A DNA stretch of 64,000 bases, from the NCBI GenBank assembly GCA_946965045.2, contig OX337229.1, positions 5,146,001-5,210,000 on the forward strand, written 5' to 3'. Each line of letters starts with the position of its first letter. Positions within the stretch are counted from its first letter, which is position 1. Position numbers and translations under genes: made by a program. The stretch comes from Epithemia pelagica (lineage: Eukaryota > Protista > Bacillariophyta). The notes under the pieces were generated by a model. It was not told the DNA's origin and did not search any database. It saw only the letters and a list, made by a program, of their open reading frames with translations. Positions 11,101 through 21,300 of this stretch are shown in pieces.

Positions 11101-12933
11101 TAGTGGCTCAACCGATCCCAATGGACACGATTTGAGTTACTATTGGTTCAACAAGGATTATATTAAGTCGGGTTACCCATGGGCCGTCCAAGGAGACCGG
11201 CCCAAGTCGGGTTACCAATTGTCCTTACCATATGACCAGTCTCAGTTGAGTAAGGATTGGCTAAACGTGATTGACCAATCAAAGACAGATTACGCCAAAG
11301 TGTTCATCAAAGATAACCAGTCAAGGTTGAGTTCATCATCCACGCACACTACGTACTTGCCGGTTGGAGAAAATCAACCTATCTTTCTCAAGGTTTGTGA
11401 TGAGTTGAATGCGTGTGATATGGCATCGACCACGGTCACGATCAAAGATACTACGGTAAGCTCGAAGGCCATGAATCAAAGCACGCTCCTTCCTGTTTTC
11501 TACTACACATGAGTTCGTGTACTGACATGCTCACACTTGATTGTGTCCTCACACTTCGCAGGCTCCCACGATTGGAGGATGCCCTTTCAGGCCAAATGAA
11601 CTAGTTCAGAGGAACTCATTTCCTTTGTCCTTCCAAATAGATACCGAGGATGACTGTGGTACTACAACTTTACGGATGATATCAAACACATTCAAGGTGA
11701 TAACAACTGACGGCGATGTCATGGAATCATTCGCTGTCAAAATCGATGGCGACAACGTCTCGATTGATCCTATCGTCGATTCGTTTGATGTTGGAGAATA
11801 TCGAATTCAAGTTAAGTTTGAGGCCACCGATGAGAGTGGTCTCTCCACAAAACAAACGGATGTCAATGCGTGTGACTTTCAACTGGAGATTGTGAATCAA
11901 CAACCCATCCCCGTACTAGAGGTTGTGGACCAGAAGAAGGAATGCACTGGGCCCATGACACCAGTCACGTTCAATGTTTCGAAATCTTCAGATCTAAATG
12001 GACATGAGTTGACATACAGCTGGGCAAACAATGGAGTTGACCAGACTGATGAATCTGGAACATGGACGGACGACACTCGCACGGTGGAATTGCTGGTTGG
12101 AAACCATTCCATTACGGTAACAGCCTGTGACAAATACGGCTCTTGCGGAACAACAGAGCCAATCACAGTTGAGATTACAGATACAACGGTAAGTTGAATG
12201 ATTCAATTTGATGGTCTGCGGTCAACTAAGCAACGGCACCAAACCATTTGATCTGGTCACCTCAAGCGTCTCACTTCCTTTGTGCTCCTCTTCCATCAAT
12301 CACTCTACGTTTTGCCATTGCCATTTCCTTTTGCTTCTTTAGGGCCCGACAATTCAATGTCCTTTGGTTGGTGTGGATCTTGCCTATGTTGACGAGGATA
12401 ACTATCCTCAATTTTCCATCGTTACTGCCAAGGATCTTTGCTCGCCGGATGTCACTATTGAGATAACGGAACATAAACTGTGGGCAACTGTTGACAAAGG
12501 TGGTACAACTGTGACAAAGACCGATGATTGCACGGTGCGAGTTGAGGATGGCAGGAAGGTCACCATCAAGGAATCGGTGAGCAAGTATAACTTATACTAC
12601 ATTGGTATTGGTGTTACTGTCACAGATAGCAGGGGCAACTCAAACAAGCTTGAACCGGACAAATGCTTTCTGCAACACTCTGCCACCGAGGGCAAGAATC
12701 CTTATAAATACCTCGACCACTTCGATGATGAATCCAGTAAATCAAGTAGCGGTTGCGAGGATTCAGCCCCTCTCACAAGCGCAGCCGAGGTGGAAGACGA
12801 GGAGGAAACCGAGGTGGAAACAGAGCAGGCAAACGAGGAAGAGAAAAAGAAGAAGAAGAAGAAGAAGAAGAAGAAGAAGGATGAGAGAAGGAACCGCGAA
12901 CAGCGACAGCCGCGTAAACACCTTCGAAATTAG
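5169..12933 (+). pseudogene. Large (about 2,300 aa) secreted protein: signal peptide, 4 WSC-like Cys repeats, 7 PKD-like and 7 HYR/Ig-like modules, acidic plus poly-Lys tail; 8 exons, three disabling lesions
   Basis: WSC motif YVGCF...CLDAC...NECYC...CG; PKD-like motif LDASxSxDPDG..LxYxW repeated. GT-AG introns at 7361-7464, 8107-8199, 9079-9172, 9873-10001, 10587-10672, 11456-11561 and 12189-12342. TAA at 5550-5552; frameshifts near 7285 and 9400. Confidence 0.8.
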
Positions 12934-14512
12934 TGCGTAGCTGCCACTGTGACAATGCTGGTTGTCCTTTACACAGTGTAAAATAATAGAGAATCTCTTG
13001 GGGAGCATTTTACACGGGTGAGCTGTAGAAAGCGGTGTAGTTGTTGACAAGATGCATATTCCATTGGCCAATCCCGATGCATGCACAGTCTTTCAACAAA
13101 GGTACATGATGTCAAATATAATCTGTTCTTTTGTCCTTTTACATGGTTGGTTGGTGCATTCAGTCTTGCGGTGGGGGCAGTGAGCCAAATTCTTGTGCTC
13201 CTTTAGGGGACGAAGATCTTGTGATCGGCGACCAAAAAGTGAGTCGAAATTTTCTGTGCACCGGGATTGTGGGGTCTCTTGTGTGTTTGGACCAGAAATG
13301 AGGAAATGCTGCCGGGTAATAACTTGTTCTTGATCAGTTGTTTCGGTCCATGATGGGTTGTGCGATTTCCAAACGCAACTGGGAGGGAATGAAAGAATAA
13401 AGAGTCGACGACGGCATCGCATCCAGTCGCAAGCGTCCTCAAATCTTTTCTCGTCGGCAACCAAAAGGCCAAGAGGGCGGTGACCATGCCACGTTTGGTC
13501 CATGGGCGTGGAGGTGACCACCAAGGTCAATTCCAACACGGTATTTTACCAATCACACAAGGGCTTGTTTCACTTGTACCAAAGGGGGTGTGGTCGCGGT
13601 GGTATCGTCGTCGCTTCCCAAACGGCCAGCCCCAACCCAAACCATGGTGTCGTCTTCGTCCATATTGGGTCATGTGTTGCTGTGCAAGGGGTTGTTGTCC
13701 ATTTCATCGTGTGGGCCTCCTGGGGATTGGGCAAGAGTTGGGTTCCTGTTCATGCATGGCGTCAGGGGGCGGTAATGACAGCAAGAGAATACCGCAACAC
13801 CGTGGACAAGGCCATTATGCACAAACCCATGCCAACGTCCGCAATTCGGTCAAAATCGTGGACGAGCGCCATGGAGCCGCAGTCATATCGGTATGAGCGG
13901 TATGATCGCAGCGAGCTACCAAGGCCATCCGCAAACATTTGCAAGGCCCAAACGTGGCGGGACTACACGGAATGCGGCTTGTCCATGAACAGCCAGTCAA
14001 GTGGGAAAGAGCATTCTGATGCTGGTCCACGAGCGTCAAGGTCGTAGGATGAATGGTGGCATTGGTCACGGTCGGCCGGCCGCAACAAGTCGACCAAGGT
14101 TGTCACGCATTCCAGTGGTTGGTGCAGCGGGACGGTGGGCAAGGCTACTTGATACAACATGGCATGCAGCCGACGGTTGGTACAATTGGATTGTGACAAT
14201 GATGTGCAATTGCGTCCAATAGCTGTCATCCACGAGGCCAACAAGCGATCCTGGTCGTTGTAGGAGTTGTGACACTTTCTCGAGTGCCAACTTTCAAATC
14301 CCGACAATCCACAGAATGAAATTCCAATCAGTGACAAACAAAGATTTTAAAACAGAATCATTACGAATACAGGCATGAAACATGCGCTCACTCTCCAACG
14401 GGTTCACGTCATTGCGACAAATGAGAACACTATGAGAGGCCACGTCCATACCAAAGATCTTTTCCTTGCGTCACCATACGACATCCAAGATGATCCAGCA
14501 ATGTAGAGCACA

Positions 14513-16400
14513 CTATTGAACAACATGTGATACCCTTTCCGCAAGGTTCACGAGGAGCACAGCGGCATCCAAGGCTGCATATTCAAGTCGAAGAGCGTGT
14601 AGAGGGCGTTCACTCCAACTACCTGGTGCTTTTTTATGTTTCGTCTTGGACAAGGTCACCCCTTGGGGGCAAAGCGACCGAGTCAATTTGGCCAAACTTT
14701 GTTTTGTAGCTTTTTGCAAGTCCAAAATACGATCGTCCTTCAGGCTCTGACTTGCATTTGTTCCAAGTGCGTTGTCAATTGCTTGAATATCGCCTGTCAC
14801 GGAGAACCCCAAAACAAGAACTTGTCTGTTTCGTTCTTGGCAAAACAATTTCTGTACAAAGTCTACGCACTCTTGATGATATTGGCTTTCTGTGGAGGTC
14901 TCGACCAAGTCAATCACATATGTCATGATAACGTCCCTGTCTTGGTTGTCTTGTGTTCGAAAGGCAATCTGCAAGGTTGCCGCTTTGTTCCCCCCAGTGT
15001 GAAATTCGAAGTCAAACGCAACGACCATGGGATGGTCGGGAGTTCCACTGAATATTTTACGTTCCAGATTGGCCAGTTTCTCTATGGAATCCACAAAGAT
15101 CGGTTCTTCCTTGAGTGCGAGATGTTGCTGTTCATCTTGGGTCAAACTAGAGTCAAAGGACAACCCTGCTACTGCCCGACATGCCTCTGGCCAACGGCCC
15201 TTTTGTAACACAGAAGTTTCACAACAAGTCTCCTCAATCTCAAGTTCCCTACCTTCTTCATCAGTTTAGGTTTAGAAAGGCGGTTCGTAGACATGTCTAA
15301 AATGCTTGGGTCGTCCACGAGAAGCGCCATGACAGTCAGTTGGTCCAGATCAAGAAAGTCATGCAAGAAGCGAATTCGATACTCAATGCCTTTGTCTCCC
15401 TCGAGATGCAATCCACTAGCGATGATATAACGCAACAGCTTTTCAAGTTTTTTGTTGCTCTGGTTGTTGACAATACATATCCATGCTTTTGTAGAAACTT
15501 CAATTTGTTGCTCAAATCACTGGAATTCATATCCCGCAATTTATGGTTCCGTTCCATGATTGTATGCAGTTGGTATTTACTGAGCCCGGTCTTTTTGAGA
15601 ATTGACACCACGTTCCTCGTTTTCTTTTTTGCCTTGGTGCTCACAGACCTCCAACCAATGGATCGGAAATCACCAACTGTTTGCTGGTTTGCACGGGCAA
15701 GACCAAGCGTCGATTTCTCACCAAGTGTGGATCTGTTTGCCGTCCGGGAAACCATGGTTCGATGTGGCATTGCAAACTCGTGTTATCCTCTGCAGAAACT
15801 CGACCATGTGGTACTAGCGCGATATGAATAGCCTCCACAAGGAGAAGGTGGTGGGCAGCGGAACGGGTGTCGAGTAATGGCGGTGCCGATTGTCCGTGAG
15901 TTAAACATTGTGCAAGGCAAAAAGCGGTTGGTGGAAGAGTAGTCGCAGGAAATGGAGAAGAAGGATTTATGATCGCCTCAAGCCGATCATCTTGGTACAC
16001 ATTTGCCAGAAGAAACAACTCTGTGAAGTTGTCACTTTCCATCACTGGTGTTTCTGACTCGATCCAAAGAAAGGGAGTCATATCGTCGATTTGTTTCAAC
16101 TTTTGCTGTCATGGTTGTCGAGCCGCTGTCGATTTCTCTCCTTTGTTGTTTCCTCCATGATTGAAATGAGCCTTGTCTTGGTGGCATATGTGTCCAGCAG
16201 TTGTTCCCCATCATCTCGTTCTGGCTGTAAGTGAAGAAGACAGAGTCCATATCTTTCATCGCGTCTTTCATCTCCCTGTGTTTGGATCTATTGGATGGAA
16301 TCGGAAGCTGACGATGGACAGACGCTGATGACTTCTTTTGGAATTCTATCGACTTCGATCGATGTCCATTCACGCGCGATTCACATGCCGGCCGGCGCAC
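14513..16400 (-). pseudogene. DEDDy 3'-5' exonuclease (RNase D / mut-7 / EXD-like) with a fragmented N-terminal region
   Basis: Exo motifs VAFDFEF, LGFSVTGD and WSERPL...EYAALDA in ORF 14513..15211. Upstream coding-like sequence is split over at least four overlapping ORFs in different frames; the 5' limit is uncertain. Confidence 0.7.
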
Positions 16401-16588
16401 TCTCCATCGAGCTCCGTCGAAGTCGAAATTGTTCCACTTCGTCTTTGGTTGACCATGATGCGGAAACCGCTGGAGCCACCATTACGACGTTGGTTGTTCT
16501 CATCATATTCTTGCGCTTTTAAAAGCAAAAGACACTGAAGAGAAATCAAGAGCATCCGTCACGTACACCTTTATTATCAGTTACCATC

Positions 16589-16860
16589 ATGGCTCCGATT
16601 ACGAAAGCAGTCTCTGTTGCCATCACCAGTGACCTCATGTGCCCTTGGTGCTACATAGGACTTCGCAAACTCCAAGAAGCTTCCCAGGTAGCCAATATCG
16701 AGACCCAGATATCTTGGAAGCCCTTCATGTTACGTCCAGAAGCACCGGAGGAGGGCATTCCCAAGGGAGGGACCCCGGCATCGCGTGTCGGATCGCGCTT
16801 GAAACTGGCCGGTGAATCGACCGGCATTGACTTTACCGGACTGACGGATCGCACACCCAG
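16589..16860 (+). pseudogene. N-terminal half of a DsbA/FrnE-like thioredoxin-fold protein, truncated
   Basis: ITSDLMCPWCYIG (CxxC) and WKPFML motifs; from 16860 the sequence switches to the block that follows the gene's 3' end at 30825. Confidence 0.85.
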
Positions 16861-17480
16861 TTGTTTCAGCGCGCTATGTTGCCTATGAGCTAGCTGTATC
16901 CTCATGTTATTGTGACGGAAATAGGAGTAGAAAACACACAGCGTTTAGATTGCGCGTATCTTAACAGTTGTTCTGTGAAAGGTCAATGGTTGATTCTTCT
17001 CTTTTAGGTGTTTCAGTTGTCTGGTGGCAATGCTTCTTTGGTCCCTTTTTGGCATGCAGGACCAGTTCCGGTGACATAATATCACCTTGCACCTTGCACA
17101 CTCACGCTCGTGCGGATCGTACAAAGAGCAGACAAGAACACGGAGCAAATTTCGCCGTGCCTTCACAATTTCAACCAGTAGAAGTACCACATTACATACC
17201 CCTAAGAAATGTGATGACAATTTGAACTGCTCCATATTATATGAGAATCATTTCTAGTTTCTTCTCTTGCTAGCATTTTCTTCGGGAATTCCACATACAA
17301 ATCTTCATCGCCATCCCAGCACGCCATTGCTGTTTAGAGAAGCATAAAGGCGGGGGTCAAGAGAGCAGCAATCGCAGCAGCCCCGGTGGAAGGCTGAGTC
17401 GCGGCCGATGTATGCGGATCGTCACAAACGAGCTGGGAGGTACCATCTGCAATCACATTGCAACCTTGATTTTTGCAGGG

Positions 17481-17694
17481 TGTTGGGACCGGTGGACGAG
17501 CAGACCAATTCGGAAGCAAACGATGATGATGAAGATGAATCCGCGACCAAGGCCGTTGAGGAAAAATGGATCTTGGTAGAACGACGTGGCAACGAAAAGA
17601 AAGAACGGAGCATGAGTGCTCATTCTAAGGAGAATACGTTAACCTAAAGAGCTTTATCGTTGCCTTTACAGCACTGCTTGGTGGTTCTCCAACA
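17481..17694 (+). repeat. 5' LTR of Copia no.2
   Basis: TGTTGGGACC...TTCTCCAACA, repeated at 23383-23596. Confidence 0.97.
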
Positions 17695-17708
17695 TATTCT
17701 CCTTAGAA
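17695..17708 (+). promoter_or_regulatory. Non-tRNA primer binding site, complementary to LTR positions 17623-17636
   Basis: TATTCTCCTTAGAA is the exact reverse complement of TTCTAAGGAGAATA in the LTR; it lacks the TGG start of a CCA-end tRNA PBS. The priming role is inferred. Confidence 0.7.
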
Positions 17709-17741
17709 AAACCAATTTTTGAAGGGAACTACGATAGTTAC

Positions 17742-18386
17742 ATGTCTGAAGAACCCTCACGTCTTTCAGTTCTGTTAAACAAATTGACTCAACTGTCAAT
17801 CGAACAACAAGACCGGGTGAATACGGTCCTCCGCCGTCACGAGCACAACGTGCAACAGCGCGAAGAAGCATTCCGTGAAGCCCGAAGAGAGTTGGAAGAT
17901 AATTATCACGCAGAGGTGGATCACGATCGGACAGTCCTTCGAGAAGCCAAGGACCGCATCTTCAACGAGATTCAAGCTCGTCGGAGTGCACTTATTACTG
18001 AAATACAGACAGCGGAACAAGAACCGAGTCCAGCTGTACCTACCGAACTCAACGCCAGCCCCGAAGTATCCAGAGACGAAACAGCAGACCTCGTTGACGA
18101 AATACGTCAACTTGAGGACGGACGCATTGAGTTCGTGTGCCACTATCCGGCCCTACCAGCTAACGCTAGCACCGTTCCCACCAACATTCCCATTGGTACT
18201 CCAGTTTGGATCGTCAACCCACTCAAGTTGGCAGGCATCGTTGAGAGAACATTTTTGAAGGCAGAGGTTGTTGGGATTGGTCGAGGAAGAAAACCTTTCT
18301 ACAAGTTAAAAGTGTGGAATCCAGTCCACAAGAAATACGAAGAACACAAGCGCATCCGCAAGAATCTGGCAGTACGTGAAGTATAA
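17742..18386 (+). CDS. Accessory ORF of Copia no.2 (214 aa; coiled-coil N-terminus, basic beta-rich C-terminus)
   Basis: ATG-initiated ORF inside the element between the PBS and gag; same frame as gag-pol, separated by TAA GCC. Confidence 0.75.
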   Translation: MSEEPSRLSVLLNKLTQLSIEQQDRVNTVLRRHEHNVQQREEAFREARRELEDNYHAEVDHDRTVLREAKDRIFNEIQARRSALITEIQTAEQEPSPAVPTELNASPEVSRDETADLVDEIRQLEDGRIEFVCHYPALPANASTVPTNIPIGTPVWIVNPLKLAGIVERTFLKAEVVGIGRGRKPFYKLKVWNPVHKKYEEHKRIRKNLAVREV

Positions 18387-18389
18387 GCC

Positions 18390-21300
18390 ATGAGCTCCAA
18401 CCGATCCAATACCCGTGATGATGCTCGCCCTGATGCTGCTCCCAGCAGTAATGCATCAGGTGCTCGTAGCCAAAACAATCAAACACGTGGTTCACGGAAT
18501 CGTGGTCGAGGAAACCGAAACAATAACGGATATGGCGGCAACAGCAACAAATTCCAAGGTCAAGAACCTAGTCTTAAGGAATGTACTTTCGATTACTCGG
18601 AAGACCCCCAAGCGAAACGGTACATACGGAATGTGGAATTGCTCGTGGGGTACATTGGGTCGAACTTCGATAAGCACAATATTCATTTTCAACGTGCGGT
18701 AGAACAGTTGCGACTCGATGACCCAGATCCGCCTGATCGACCAAAAGACACAAGCGATGTCATCGCAATGAAAGAATGGGAATTTGCCCACAAAGCACGT
18801 CAAGAACAGATTCTATTATACGAGAACTTCCGTGCTTCCTTGTTCAGTTTGCTCTTAGGCCAATGCACGCCCTTGTTGAAGGACAAGATGAAAGCTAAAG
18901 CCGCCTACGAACAAGTATTTCAAGATCGTGATGGCGTGGCTCTGTTGAGTTTGATTAAACAGACGACTTTCACGTATGACTCAACAAGACTCTATACGGC
19001 TGTGACTCGTGATCGTCTGAAGGAGGAATTCTATGGTTTGCGACGCAAGCAGAATCAGTCGTTGCAGTCGTATTACGAAGTCTTTCGGGCAAAATATAAA
19101 GTCTTGGAGGAACTCAACATCAAACTATACAATGAGGACTTTGCAAAAGAAATCATGAGGGCAAAAAGCAAAACTCGAACCACACCCAACGAGATAGACA
19201 AGACAACAGCTCAAGATCGTTGTGTGGCTGTTCGTTTCATCCGCACATGCGGTGAAAAGGACTATGAGTCACACCTGCAGAACTCTTTCCTTGACGGGAA
19301 CAATCATTATCCGGCAACACTTGCGGATGCTTTCGCGATCATTGATAACCGTATGCACGGTACTCGCCAAGCACAGGGACAAGGACGTCACAACCAAGAC
19401 AGTCAAGGCACCGGAGTGGCATATCATACGCAAGAAAGCGATGACAACACGCTCACGGGAACAACTTTGACCACCACCACTACAACGCAACAGGCTCGTG
19501 ATGGCAACAACGGCGCAGAGGATAGCGCTGCCGGATCAACCGACACAGGTAACAGGGGACATGGATCTGTACCCTCCGTGACTGTTCACAACGATCATGA
19601 ATCAAGTATCTCACCTGCATTCTCTTTCACGTCTACTTCATTACAGGGCGCCGTTCCTCCTAATTGGGTCTTGCTCGACAATCAATCTACGGTCGACATC
19701 ATAGCAAACCCGTCCATTCTAAAAAATATACACACAAGCGAACAACCCATTCTTATTTCAAGTCATGCTGGGAGTCGAGAACTCAACCAACAAGCCTTAC
19801 TGCCCGGGTATGGCCTCGTATGGTTCGACCCCGAGGGCCCAGCCAATATACTTTCTCTCCACCATGCCAAGGCAAGATTTTCAATCCACTATGACAGCGT
19901 AAACGGCAACTCTTTCAAATTGTATGATCCTTCATCTGGGCGATTAAAGCACACGTTCAAACAAAGCCCCGAAGGTCTGTTCTTTCTTGACGTCAACCAG
20001 TTACACCATGGTAGTTTCTTAACTACTGTAAAAGAAAACGAAGAATCTTTCACCCCTCAAGAAGTCAGTAGAGCCAAACTGGCTAGGCGTATACAGGGGC
20101 AGATAGGTCGTCCTGCCACAAGGGAATTCATCAAGATCGTGGAAGGGAATCTACTCCCTAATGTGCCTATCAATAGTCAAGACATCCGGAGAGCCGAGAA
20201 ACTGTACGGTCCTGACCTTGGGAGCCTTAAGGGCAAAACCGTGAGACGCAAGTCGCCTAGTGTGGATACCGAACAAGTAATACCGCCGCCAATCCTGGTG
20301 GAGCATCAAGACGTAACCATGGTCATGGACGTGATGCACGTCAATGGCATACCATTTCTTCTCGCCACCACACTCAAGATCCAATTTGGCACCGTAGACG
20401 CCTTACCTCGTTTAAACGAAGACACTCTGATGGCCTCCATCAAAAAGACTGTGGCTATCCTGCGGAGAGGTGGTTTACGGCCACGCATGTTGTTGTTTGA
20501 CGGCGCATTGGGGTATGATGGATTTGAGCAACGCTTGGCAATGCTGGGTGTCAAACTCAACACCACCGCACAAGATGAACATGTGGGAGCAGCCGAGCGC
20601 TATATCAGGACGGTCAAGGACCGAATGAGAAGCACATACGCTATGCTTCCATTCAAAACTGTACCAAGGATCATGATCATTGAGCTGGCGAAGTTTGCCG
20701 TGTTTTGGCTGAACAGTTTCCCAAAACAAAACGGAATTTCACAAACAATCAGCCCTCGTGAATTGGTAACCGGTGAGAAGATCGATTTTCATCACCATTG
20801 CCGCTTTGAGTTCGGACAATATGTCCAAACACATGAGCAACATGACAACACCATGGCGCCACGGACCATCGGAGCAATAGCCTTACGTCCAACCGGAAAC
20901 AGGCAAGGAAGCTATTACTTCCTCAGTTTGGAAACCGGACGTGTGATTAACAGAAACAGAGCTACTGTTCTACCGATGCCCAACGAGGTGTTAAAGCGAG
21001 TGGAAGAACTTGCACAAGTACAAAACATGATCCCTGGTCTGGCCTTCGGTAATCGTGATAACCGCCCATTGGCCATGGATGCGGACAATCCCTTGTACAT
21101 CGAGGACGACGATGTCAGTTATGGGCCAAACGATGACGACGAGTCGGTTGATGCGCTACGCTACGACGACGAAATCGTTGAAGAAGAATTGGCAGATCTA
21201 GACGAGGAATTGAATCAGCATTCTGATTTCGACGAAAACCAAGGAGTGGGAGCGGTTGAACAGTATGACATTGAAAATGAAGGAGTGGTGGTGCCGGATG

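Noticed and set aside
12990-14340. Several overlapping 60-180 aa ORFs on both strands
   Set aside because: No recognisable motif or consistent frame; may be a decayed gene but cannot be called.
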